Source: Antedon mediterranea (lineage: Eukaryota > Animalia > Echinodermata). From it: a stretch of DNA of 64,000 bases. Where the stretch lies: positions 12,958,001-13,022,000 of the forward strand of contig NC_092672.1 in assembly GCF_964355755.1 (NCBI RefSeq). Reading direction: 5' to 3'. Shown here one piece after another: positions 1 through 11,329 of the stretch. The position numbers were made by a program, and so were the translations under genes. Below the pieces are notes generated by a model. The model was given only the letters and a program-made list of their open reading frames with translations, did no database searches and was not told the DNA's origin. The first letter of the stretch is position 1. Each line of letters starts with the position of its first letter.

Positions 1-1905
1 GAAATGAATGCGGAAATCACCATAAAAGAGCTGCTTTCAAAAAATTAAAATAGACATGGTTTCACAATTCCCATTAGATTATATGCACTTGGTTTGTTTA
101 GGTATAATGAAACGACTTTTACATATTTGCAAACTAAATTAGGAAGGCGCAAAGTTGATAATATCATTTTTTATTTTTCCATGTAGGAATAAGAATATTA
201 TGTAGTCCTTTGATGTGCATGAAGTACTGTAGCTATGCAGAACAAATCATTCGTAACATAACAATTTAAAAAATATGACCAGAATAGATCATTCATAAAA
301 AAAAAAAAAAAAAAGAAATCGATAATGATAAATATTTTGTTCATAATACGTTGTGATTTTAGGTATTAGGGGTACGTTCAGTTTGGTCCTTTTTTCTGAC
401 CATTTTCTTAGTTTTAGATCAAAAGACGATGACAGCATTAACCAAATTGTAATACTCACTTATGTAGCACAGTTGTCTTATGGCTATTTTTGGCAAAACC
501 TTACTTTATTTTTAATGAAGACGGAGCACTGTTTATACGGTTGCTAACTCATGATGCGCCCTCAAACTATCAACATATAACTATTTTAAGATAGTAGCTA
601 GAAAACGAAACTTCAAGAATATGACAATGTATGCTAAATGTCACCAATTCAATGACATTTTGGTTGTAATGAACCTGCAGACTTGCACCCATTGTTTTGA
701 TACTACACAAAAACAATAAATATCAATATATATTATATTTTAGTGAAGCATGTTACAAATTCAAGCAAAACGGTCAGCACTGGAGGCAAAGGAGTTTTGA
801 CAAAGTTCAACAACCGAATCCGATAAGGAAAAATAAGAAGAAGAAACGGGCGCTTCCAAAACTGCCCAGATGAGGCTGCTTTTAAATGCCAAGAGTAATA
901 TCATGAACATATTATCATAGTCGGACGATGAAGTCGGTTTAAATGATATGACTTACTTTTAAAAGATAAAAAATTGCAGAAAAGTGATTGGAGAATCCAC
1001 CATACCATAGAGACAATGGCGGCTTCGAGAATTATATGCCAACTGCGGCGGCTAACACTAACTCAAATTTGAACACGCGACTGCAGCCATGTATATGGCC
1101 TTGTTTTGACCCATTGATTTTAGACTATGAAATAAAGTTTTGTAATTCACCATGTCGGGATCGGGTTGCCGAATTGGATTACCTATCTCGATCTGGCAAG
1201 TTCCGAAACCTGATGGGGATGCAGAAGATGTTAATTAAAGATGTGATTATGGATATTTTTTATATCTTGCAGATTGTTAATGGCTATAAAGAAAAGAGTT
1301 ATGCTGATGGACTGGGCAGACCAGGTGGAAGAGGAATTTATTTGCTCACCTGCCCATGCCCAGCTAACTTTCTACAGGACACCAGGGGTCGGCCTGTTAT
1401 TTACATATCAATTCCAGCATTGCATATTTCCCTTTGGCTTTTCAAGAAAATGTATGATTTACTTGATATAGAAATACACAGCCTTGATGTCATAACATGT
1501 ATGTTAATTTCCTTTTTGATGAAAAATTTTTCAAAGTTAATACCAATTCCAATAATTATTTATTTTTCAGAGTAAACATCTAGCATCATAGGGTGCATTA
1601 TACGCTATTACACGCATATTCAACACGCTTCTGAAAAGTGTGTTGTATAACAACCAAGAGATTCCGTGTAATGAGATTTTAATTGTGCAAAAGGCAACAA
1701 AACATCAAACAGTGCGCATTCAGATAATCGTCACCGGAACAGATTATATGTAACCAGTGGCAGTCTCATCAGTAGAATTTCTAGTTAATATTACTTACAG
1801 ATTATCTTCTACAAGGGTGGCATGCAAGTGAGAATGAAATGTTGCCATTTCTTCGCCATCTTTCACCCTGCTGCCTGCACGTTGTACAGCCTAAAATTAA
1901 TGACA

Positions 1906-2170
1906 ATGAGTTGAAACGACAGTGCCAGACATGCCCTAATAAGTATTTGGGGCCAATACAAAATACAAAGCGGCTTAAATAGTTCAGTATATGCGGAGGT
2001 AACTGAAAAACTTACAGAAACAGGTTTCAAATTTACTTCAAAGCCGGTTAAAAACAAATGAAAAAACTTACGGCGCCAATACATGTCGGCTAAAGACAAA
2101 ACAACAAGTCCACCTACCGACTGGGTTTTTTTTCTCCCAGAAATGGATGAGATTTTGGAGATAGGCCAGT
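1906..2170 (+). pseudogene. Myb/SANT-like (trihelix) DNA-binding domain remnant, of the PIF/Harbinger accessory-protein type
   Basis: Translation MS*NDSARHALISIWGQYKIQSGLNSSVYAEVTEKLTETGFKFTSKPVKNK*KNLRRQY...FFLPEMDEIL fits the W...LI..W...VY..V...L...GF...K.KWKNL...Y...F..MD.IL pattern; two Trp positions are TGA stops. Confidence 0.7.
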
Positions 2171-2559
2171 AAGCAAACCTAAAGAAATCCGTGACACGAT
2201 GGACGGAACTGACTTTCGACCTGAAAGTAATCTGTTTTTTATATTAACAAGTTTTTTTTACGGTAGGCCTAGGCTAGCTACTGTTACAGGCCTAGGCCTT
2301 AGGCCTAGTAAAACTAACTCTTTCTCTCTCACTTGTTTTATTTAATTACGATTGTTTGATTATAGTATATACAATATTTGTGCTTAAATTCTTTTTAGAA
2401 CAAGTAGACCAAACGTGCACCATGGCTGAACATGATGGAGGAGGTGAAAATGTTACTGTTCACCAAAATTCTCAAATGATCCTGAATCTTAATCTACCAC
2501 CTGCTCCACCAGTATTTCGACTTCTCAGACAGATAGCAGTATGAAAAGGAGCATTATGC

Positions 2560-2680
2560 CATTGAAAGAAGAAGAAGTAACAATTAACATTGGGTTTAAG
2601 CAATTAAAAAACGGAATGCTCAAAGCTGTTAGAGGGAAACGACTACCGATTAGGTTGCCCAAGGTGGCCACATATCCGAT
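2560..2680 (+). pseudogene. Fragment of an uncharacterised TE-associated protein (VTINIG...GKRLP motif)
   Basis: Reads EEEVTINIGFKQLKNGMLKAVRGKRLPIRLPKVATY, which I recall from invertebrate repeat-borne proteins that are often HECT-linked; short and unverified. Confidence 0.3.
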
Positions 2681-5488
2681 TGGTTCGATCGAGTGTATAT
2701 ACTTATAGTATAGTGTGCTGATTGATATTCGCTTATCTATTAAAGTTAAAGTGTATATATCTACGTAAAGCATGCGTCTGATCAACAGCTAATAGCCGAA
2801 CCAAACACCATGAACTTTAATGAGTTAATTTGTGAGATACGCTTGTGGGCAAGAGCGGACTGAAAAGAAGCATCTGTCCCCTGTTCAAACTCAAGAGTGC
2901 CTGTCCTATAGAGAGAAAATGATGAAATGAAAGAAGTTATTCAACCTTAAGTCAAATGATTGAACAATGAAGTGGGCGCCCTAAACGCGCTTTGGGAGGC
3001 CCAGAGTTTTGAAATAAAATTGAGGTGAGGAATTGGAAAACAAGTAATGGTAATAAAATGATCGTTTTCAAGACAAGAAGGATGGCAGTTACATACAGAC
3101 AATTTATGGCTCAGTGAGAGGCGGTAGTTAAGAACAAAAATGCTTTTTTTTATGGTTCCGCATGTTTCCTAACAAATAGCATGTCTTAACTAGTTGGCAG
3201 GCATGGTCTATGTTTTCTTGGAAAACAAATGCTGTATAATCTTACAGTTTATTACAAATTCACCAAATAGATTTCCGTTTAGCATATGTTAGCTTGATTT
3301 TAAATTATTGTAATGTAATGATATACATTTATAATTTAGAAATCAACCTTAGTATTAGAAGCCAACTAAGTTCATGAACTTGGCCCAGAAAGACTAGTGG
3401 AGAAATTATCCAGATATTTTAATGTCCATTTAGTTCACAATTAAATCCCAAAAGTAAACAGTTCATTTGACCTCCCTAACCGTTCCCATCATAAAACAAT
3501 TTATATTGACAGTTTTAAGAAAAGATTCAACAGGGCCAATTCATCATTGTAACCTCACCAGATAAGATCAATCACTCCTACTTAAACACCCCTGGATCAA
3601 CTTAGGACCAATCAGTAACCTCTAAGATGACCTAATGACATATACTAATGAACCAAAGCCAATATACCCCAACGTTTCAGAAGAGCCCAGACACACCCCC
3701 TGGCGCATATACCCATGTGGTCCTTCGTCAGTATCCATCCAGACCCACACCTTACCGACACTTCTCCAGAAGCACACCTACATAACATAACACTATATTA
3801 CATATTACAAATTTTATAAGGAACAGAGTGAGCAAACAGAATTAACAAGAAGACAAGAAACAAATAAAAGCAAGACAAAATTGATGAAAATACACATGTG
3901 ATACATTATTGAATTCTACATAGTTTGACAAAACAACGAACAAAATCGGCCGATTTTTAGCAGAAAAAAAAACAATTTTAAGGTAAGGTAATCAATTAAA
4001 AATGAAATTTCATTTATAAGGAACAGGGGAATCAATGAAACCCTCATAAAATGAAATAATGATATTAAATTGACTTAGGAAAGAGCCAGAAATAGTCCAG
4101 TCAGACCTATTTTGGCATCGGCAAGGCCTACAGTATTTATTTTGTCAATTGCTGAATTGACTTGATTTGGTCATTCGTTCCTCGTTAATGTTAGGAATAT
4201 TGTTAGTTAGGATCTCCTTAATGGCGCAAGACAGAAATCGTTCGAAGTCAGCCTGTTATTAGAGTTAAAGATAGAACAGCAGGTCGTAGACGCACTCGGA
4301 GACAGTTTCGATACACACCATCACAAGTATTAAACTATCAAGCATCAGTTCCAGCAGTAGTAGATCTGGCAATTACAAATGAAGCACCCATACCAGATAC
4401 AGACACACCCAGCCTGCCACATACTACTGAACATTATAATGGAAACGGAAAGAAGTAAATGAATGGCAAGATCTACGTAATGTGTTGAATGAAACTATTA
4501 TCAGCAACTGGGCCCCAATTTCGAATGCAAATTGCAGTTCATGTGGTGCTGATTTTAATAATATACATTTTTTCCGATGTTTGGACTGTGATTCCAAAGT
4601 ATATTTCAGTCAGTCATGTTTGCTGGTGACAAACCGAACGTGAAGAATTTTCTTCACATTCCTGAAATTTGGAAAGTAAGTAAAAATCCACACAGCCAAC
4701 ACAAAAGTTTGACACTGGTAAATTTGGACAGTTAGTAAGCACATCTGTCAGCCAGCAAATTTGCTTTATAAATGTGTCACATAATCTGCCGGGATTTCTT
4801 TGATTTGACATTAGTATGAAACCCTTATGGTTTACCAATCAGACGTTAAAATTATGACTCAGGACATGCAAATTGTGGCATATGCACTTGGAGAATTGTT
4901 ACAGCCTTTGATGATAAAGGTGTGTTACTAGTTTGGAGACTTAAATGCAAGACAAATTCCATATTTCCCCTACTCAATGTTAAAAAATATGAATCCTAAT
5001 TGTGGAAACAAACAATATATCTACTGTTTGTGATTACAGATTGGTAAAACTTTTTCAATAAAATATTTTTTTTAGGTAGATGTCACCAACTGAATATACA
5101 GTTCTGTACATGTGAAGATGAACTGGTAACGTTACTAAAACTGAGGCTCTGGTCAGCCAAACCCAAAAATGTAAAAGAAGCCTATTCATTAATTTCCTCA
5201 GATGGATGGAAATTCTTCATCTGGAATGTCAAGTTGCTGCTAAGAATGTGAAGCAGTTAACATAAAGAATGACCTTATACAGCCTTTTGAGGTAGGCAAG
5301 AATTAGTTATCCTAAATACACAATTTACTAATAATAGTGTTCTTCAAAAAGCACAAGGTGCTTAAATTGGAGGTTCTACTGTATTTCTAATTGTAATACA
5401 AATCTCCTTATTAATCTTACCCTTTTATATATTTCAGGTTAATTGCTTGAAAGAATTAATGAAAAAAGAAATATGTGTGTCCTGCATG

Positions 5489-6008
5489 GGGTCATTCCAT
5501 CTCAGTTCACCCAAAAAAAATGGAATTTTAAACCCTACCTCTTCCAATTTTGATGAAATTTGGTATATGGGTGATTCATAGCAATTAAAGCCAAAATTTC
5601 AAATTTTAACTTTATCGGACCAACGGTTTTCGAGATATCGCAATTTCAATTTTCGGTTTTTACGCAAAAAAGGGCGCGGCCGCCACGTTTTAAAGAGCTG
5701 TATATCGGGAACTATAGGTTCGATTTTAAAAACAAAGGTATTTTTGTAAAGGGGAGACCATAAGGAATCTAAATATACTAATTGTGTGTGTTTTATGTTA
5801 ATTTTAAGTTGAATAAAACTTTGACATATATTTTGACCTTGAAATTGACCCCGTGGAACACGCCCGATTTGTTGGTGACTATCACGAAAAATGTAGACAT
5901 ACGTGTCAACTACAACATATAACAAAATTGGAGGGGTTTTTTTGTTTGTTTCCATGAAATTACAATTTGAAGTTGACATACCTCTTCCTTTTAGTGTATT
6001 TTTGGTGT
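5489..6008 (+). repeat. Left terminal inverted repeat of the Sola2 element (about 520 bp)
   Basis: Reverse complement matches 9210-9720 except for a few substitutions and one short indel near the tip. Confidence 0.95.
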
Positions 6009-6486
6009 TGTTATACTTATACACAGTGTGAACACTAACTGTTAAGGTGTCTTATTGTTACGCTTTCTCATCAGGCCCACTTAAACAGTAGATATATTTT
6101 GATATGAGAAATACTGGGTAACTCACATACTTTTCAAATCAATTTTGACACATAGTTTAGTGTCCTTACTATGTTGTGATGGATAGCAATTACAAAACAT
6201 CAATCAACATTCCTAATCTAAGGAATTAGGGTGAGTACAATGCTGTAATTGCATTTTTTAGACAGTTTGACCACAGAAACTGGACAAGCTGCAGCATTTT
6301 ATATTTTCTTACTATTCAACACTAAAGACAAGAAAAAAGTTTATTTTTTTAAAGTTTATGCCTCAGAGAAATGTAAGTACTTATTATACTGTAGACTAGA
6401 ATGTAGATTAGGCACATACAGTATGCATGATGAATTTTACCAGATACAGTAATAGTTGCTTTATGGCCAAGTTTCAAAATTGAAGT

Positions 6487-9108
6487 TTGCCTATTGCATT
6501 GTATTGCAGGGAGAATTGTAGCTTTCATTCTAATGATGACCCCTGTCATCAAAAAATCCATGTAAGAAGCACCGCTCCAGCTATTCGGAAAGTAAAGAAA
6601 CATGATGAAGAGCTTAAGTTATTAGTGTTACGTAGTGGGATAGAGTATAGGAATATACGCACAATATGCCTACATCATGAGCAAGTGTTTCTTTTAAAGT
6701 ATTCTACTCTCAAACGAAAGTGTTGCGATCCGTGTGACCTTCATCCAAACAAAAAAAGGAATAAATCGTTGAAAGTGGTGTCCGTGGATTACTATAAATG
6801 TTTGGCAAACCCTCCACCAACTATTGTACCTGGTGAGAAACTATGCCCAACATGCTTCATCACTGTTAAAAAAACATGTGGTAAACCTTTGGATGAGTCT
6901 AGTGCATCAACTTCTATATTCTCAGAAGAACCTACACATACTTCTACTCCAACTGTGTCAGATACTGAATCATGTTCCCCTCAAAAGGACACATCCCTCA
7001 TAGATCTAAATGCATCATTGATACGTCTTGGTGAAACGCCTGTAAAACCTGGACATCTGGCACCCTCAAGCAGAAAGAAAAAAGCAAAGGACAAATTTGA
7101 GAAGAGCACAAAAAAGCTGAAATGTAAGTTGGAAGAGCAGTACAATGTACCATTGGAAATGTCCGACTCTGGTGATGAACAAGACTGCCTTGACCTTAAA
7201 TTACATCATAAAGTATATAATGAATTAAAAGAAAAATTCAAGAACTCCAACTCACATTCTGAACGTGTTCAGATACTAACGCTGTCACCTTTTACAATGG
7301 AACGTACAATGCACGAATTCGGAGCGACAAATTACATGGTAAAAAAGAGCAGAGAAGTAAAAAAGAAAAAGGGTATATTGGGAGTATGTGACAAGAGCCA
7401 GGGAAAGTCTTTATCAGAAGAATTGAAAGAAAGCGTTGTAAGATTCTACGAAAATGATGATAATAGCAGAATCTGTCCAGGAAAGAAAGACAAAGTTAGC
7501 GTTCGTGGAAAAGATGGTGAAAAGATTGAACATCAAAAACGGTTGGTGCTTTTAAATCTGAAGGAGCTACATGCTGCATGGAAAACTGTTTATCCACAGA
7601 AAAAAATAGGCTTTTCATCTTTTGCTGCCCTTCGCCCCAAGTGGTGTGTGCTCGCTGGTGCATCAGGGACGCATTCTGTATGCGTCTGCAAATATCACCA
7701 GAATCCAAAGCTAATGACATCTTGCTTGCCATACTCCGTCCATGATCTTATGTCTAAAGCTGTTTGTTCCCCTGAGGAGGAAGTGTGCATGATGGGTCAA
7801 TGCAAACAATGTCCCGGTCGTGTAGGTGTTATTAATTTTTTAACTAACTGTGAAGAAATTGCTGATGTAGAGGAATTAACATACACGCAGTGGGTCAGTG
7901 TTGACAGGACAAAACTTGTTACTCTTGTTGAACCAAAAGAAGAATTCATCGAAAACCTGGCTGACAAAATTGTTAAACTAACACGACATAGTTTCACGTC
8001 AAAATCTCAAAGTGGCTATATGAGAAACCTTAAAGGAACATTACAACCGATGGAAGAAATAATTTTACAGGGAGACTTTGCCGAAAACTATGCATATGTC
8101 GTTCAAGACGAGATACAGAGTTTCCATTGGGAGAATAGCCAGGCAACGTTGCACCCATTCGTAGCCTACTATTGTTTGCAAGATGGCACCCTGGAACACA
8201 TTAACATATGCATAATAAGTGATTGCAGAGAACATACAACAGTTACTGTATATGCCTTTTTAAAGGTTGTCATCCCCTATTTAAAAACAAAACTACCAAC
8301 CATGAAAAAAGTTCATTATTTCACAGATGGATGTGGCGGCCAATACAAAAACAAATATAACTTTATTAACCTTTGCCACCACCAGGAAGATTTTGGTTTA
8401 GACGCCGAGTGGAATTTTTTCGCTACATCACATGGCAAGAGTGCATGTGATGGCATAGGTGGAACAGTTAAGAGGCTTGTCACTAAGAGAAGCTTACAGC
8501 GTTTGACTGAATGTCATATTCTCACATCTCTCAGTATGTTCGACTACTGTGTAAAGAACATTCCAGGCATCAACTTTTTTCATGTGGGAATAGATGAGGT
8601 ATCTACTGTGGAAAAAGAAATAAAGCCGAGATTCAACCTCGCCCAGACCATCAAGGGTACATTACAATATCATCGCTTTGTTCCAGTTTCTCTGGCACAG
8701 ATGCAGGTCTACAAACTTAGTACCCAGATAAACCCTCCGGATGTGGTTGTGATTCAAGAATCTTTCAGTGATGAAAATGAAATTGTTGCTGATACACAAC
8801 CCACCATTATTAGACTTCAGAATTTTGTGTGCTGTAGTTATGATGGTGTCCCATGGATTGGTTTGGTGGTGGATGTCTCAGAAGAGTTTGGGGATTATCA
8901 AATTAAATTTATGCATCCTCATGGGCCAGCGAAAACCTTTTATTGGCCGTCCAAAGAAGACTGTTGTTGGATTCCTGAATCAAATGTACATTGTATTATA
9001 GCCTCTCCGTTTATAAAATCCTCTTCGACTAGGAATTACAGTATTTCCCAAAATGATCGCCACAACATTTCTAAATACTGTTTGAATTGGCCAGATGACA
9101 AGGAGTAA
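6487..9108 (+). CDS. Sola2-type DDD transposase
   Basis: 873-codon open frame with an N-terminal Cys/His cluster (CLHH, CCDP, CPTC), F..LRPKW, CVCKYH, and catalytic motifs GDFAENY, FTDGCGGQYKN and WNFFATSHGKSACDGIGG. The ORF starts at TTG, so the true start is probably supplied by splicing (candidate acceptor ttgcag near 6509). Confidence 0.88.
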   Translation: MPIALYCRENCSFHSNDDPCHQKIHVRSTAPAIRKVKKHDEELKLLVLRSGIEYRNIRTICLHHEQVFLLKYSTLKRKCCDPCDLHPNKKRNKSLKVVSVDYYKCLANPPPTIVPGEKLCPTCFITVKKTCGKPLDESSASTSIFSEEPTHTSTPTVSDTESCSPQKDTSLIDLNASLIRLGETPVKPGHLAPSSRKKKAKDKFEKSTKKLKCKLEEQYNVPLEMSDSGDEQDCLDLKLHHKVYNELKEKFKNSNSHSERVQILTLSPFTMERTMHEFGATNYMVKKSREVKKKKGILGVCDKSQGKSLSEELKESVVRFYENDDNSRICPGKKDKVSVRGKDGEKIEHQKRLVLLNLKELHAAWKTVYPQKKIGFSSFAALRPKWCVLAGASGTHSVCVCKYHQNPKLMTSCLPYSVHDLMSKAVCSPEEEVCMMGQCKQCPGRVGVINFLTNCEEIADVEELTYTQWVSVDRTKLVTLVEPKEEFIENLADKIVKLTRHSFTSKSQSGYMRNLKGTLQPMEEIILQGDFAENYAYVVQDEIQSFHWENSQATLHPFVAYYCLQDGTLEHINICIISDCREHTTVTVYAFLKVVIPYLKTKLPTMKKVHYFTDGCGGQYKNKYNFINLCHHQEDFGLDAEWNFFATSHGKSACDGIGGTVKRLVTKRSLQRLTECHILTSLSMFDYCVKNIPGINFFHVGIDEVSTVEKEIKPRFNLAQTIKGTLQYHRFVPVSLAQMQVYKLSTQINPPDVVVIQESFSDENEIVADTQPTIIRLQNFVCCSYDGVPWIGLVVDVSEEFGDYQIKFMHPHGPAKTFYWPSKEDCCWIPESNVHCIIASPFIKSSSTRNYSISQNDRHNISKYCLNWPDDKE

Positions 9109-9209
9109 AGGCCAGACATAGACAATTGTAACATTATAATAATATTTAGTTTGTAAATAAAATTATTTTTGGAATACATCAAATTGACATTGAAGTAATG
9201 CATGGACAG

Positions 9210-9720
9210 ACACCAAAAATACACTAAAAGGAAGAGGTATGTCAACTTCAAATTGTAATTTCATGGAAACAAACAAAAAAACCCCTCCAATTTTTTTATA
9301 TGTTGTAGTCGACACGTAGGTTTACATTTTTCGTGATAGTCACCAACAAATCGGGCGTGTTCCACGGGGTCAATTTCAAGGTCAAAATATATGTCAAAGT
9401 TTTATTCAACTTAAAATTAATATAAAACACACACAATTAGTATATTGAGATTCCTTATGGTCTCCCCTTTACAAAAATACCTTTGTTTTTAAAATCGAAC
9501 CTATAGTTCCCGAGATACAGCTCTTTAAAACGTGGCGGCCGCGCCCTTTTTTGCGTAAAAACCGAAAATTGAAATTGCGATATCTCGAAAACCGTTGGTC
9601 CGATAAAGTTAAAATTTGAAATTTTGGCTTTAATTGCTATAAATCACCCATATACCAAATTTCATCAAAATTGGAAGAGGTAGGGTTTAACTCATTGGGT
9701 GATCTGAGATGGAATGACCC
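9210..9720 (-). repeat. Right terminal inverted repeat of the Sola2 element (about 511 bp)
   Basis: Inverted copy of 5489-6008. Confidence 0.95.
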
Positions 9721-11034
9721 CATGTCCAAATGTTCATTTTGTTTTATAGCATTATTTTTTATAACCCAATAGTATTATAAGCCAAGGTGATGACTGAATA
9801 ATATAAACTTTCCATGCCACTTTTTTTATCAATAGTGTAAATGTCAGTTTTAGAAAAAAGTTGCCTTTTTATTTCTAAACAGTTTAGATGCAGACAAAGA
9901 GATATTTTAAAATTGTGCATTAAATAGATATGGCAATCATTGTGCTAGGAGTTTTTCTATAGAGAATGTCCAAATGAGCCTACACCAACTAGGGTAGTCT
10001 AAAAATCTAGAAGAAATAATCTTGCCATTAAACGACGATATATATATATATACTGATCGCATACACTAATAAAAAATTTCTGAAGAATCAGCATCATATG
10101 CAGAATCAGCTGAACCAATTGTCCAGGAACCAACAACCCCAATTGCTGAGGAGCCAACTGCAGAAAGGATGAGCATTGTGAATTCACGCTATTTGCAGAC
10201 AATGCCAATACTACCTAAGCCAAACCACTTCCAGTAATAAAGAAACATACCACCACAAAAGACTCACAAACTGAAATATACCGAATTGATCAGATTCTCG
10301 TTGTGCTGCCAACTTCTGATATGTCATCTTCCTTATCTTTATCTGAAACTTCATCTGAAGAAAACTCATCTCTATCTGATGAGTCTTCTGTAGGTGAAGA
10401 TGATGAATACATACCAGAACTCGAGGAGGAAAGTGAGAGCAATGGTAGCAACTGGGAAAATGTTGTCGATGATGCTACGTTTCAGGGTGTTGATCCATAT
10501 CATCCACACGAGTGGTGCCAAACCTCTGGGTAGCATGGCTGTTTTCCGATCAGCATGTTTAAATAGTCATGTTAGGGAGTGGAAGACACAGCCTACACAA
10601 GGACGAATGCCATGGGGCAGTACTGCCAACCAACCCAATCTGTCGTACAAGAAACGGAAACCTGTCCAAAAGATAATGTGTCAGCTGAGCGTGTGTTTGC
10701 TGGCCTAGATTACTAAAGCTTAAAAATCCCAACATGCAGCATATTCTACTTTTGAGTTTGAATAAAATCTGTCCTATAAATTGTATTTTGTGGGTGGTAT
10801 GCCTAGTACTAGCCTGTCCGACTGATTTAATTGGTCTTCTATTGTATATAATTAGGGTATTCAGTTGCATGCACACAGGTTGAGGTCACACACACAGACA
10901 GCACATTAAAGTTCAAAATTGCCAATTATTAGATTAATATTTTTTGGGCAAATAATAAATCGTTGGAAAGGTACAGTACACATGTCTACTTTCAAACCAG
11001 TCAATAAAACAAAAACACCATTAAAAAAAAGAAT

Positions 11035-11229
11035 ATAAAGCAACTTCGCCTTGCAGCGTATCATGAAAAAAACAAAGAAAAAGGAGAAAACAGAAGATAA
11101 AGCAACTTCGCCTTGCAGCGTATCATGAAAAAAACAAAGAAAAAGGAGAAAACAGAAGATAAAGCAACTTCGTCTTGCAGCGTATCATGAAAAAAACAAA
11201 GAAAAAGGAGAAAACAGAAGATAAAGCAA
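11035..11229 (+). repeat. Tandem repeat, 3 x 62 bp
   Basis: CAACTTCG recurs at 11041, 11103 and 11165; units are almost identical. Confidence 0.95.
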
Positions 11230-11329
11230 GACTTGACAAGATTGCTGCTACATATGCCAAAATTCAATGGTGTATGGACACTAGAAAACGTGCACAAAAA
11301 GCTGAAAGAAGTGGTTGAAAGTAATAAAA

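Larger units (their letters stand above)
5489..9720 (+). mobile_element. Sola2 DNA transposon, apparently full-length and autonomous
   Basis: Termini GGGTCATTCCATCTCAG...CTGAGATGGAATGACCC fit the GRG/CYC rule. 4-bp TSD CATG at 5485-5488 and 9721-9724. Near-identical TIRs at 5489-6008 and 9210-9720. Single transposase ORF inside. Confidence 0.9.
4220..9735 (+). pseudogene. KDZ (Kyakuja-Dileera-Zisupton) transposase remnant with CxC3-like cysteine cluster, interrupted by the Sola2 element
   Basis: Spliced remnants: W..LR..L...CSSCG...RCLDCDSKVYFSQSC (4440-4670); VTAFDDKG|GRCHQLNIQFCTCEDELVTLLKLRLW...LRWMEILHLECQV (4870-5240). Removing the Sola2 insertion at CATG restores CVCPACP. Frameshifts and stops are present. 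Confidence 0.65.

Noticed and set aside
988-1575. 195-aa ORF
   Set aside because: TTG start, no recognisable domain, and it runs through intron-like AT-rich sequence; probably a chance ORF over decayed fragments.
1906-2170. TGA read as Trp or Sec (alternative genetic code)
   Set aside because: A TGG Trp is used in the same frame and neighbouring sequence is clearly decayed nuclear DNA.
5599-6024. 141-aa minus-strand ORF
   Set aside because: Lies almost entirely within the Sola2 TIR and has no domain.
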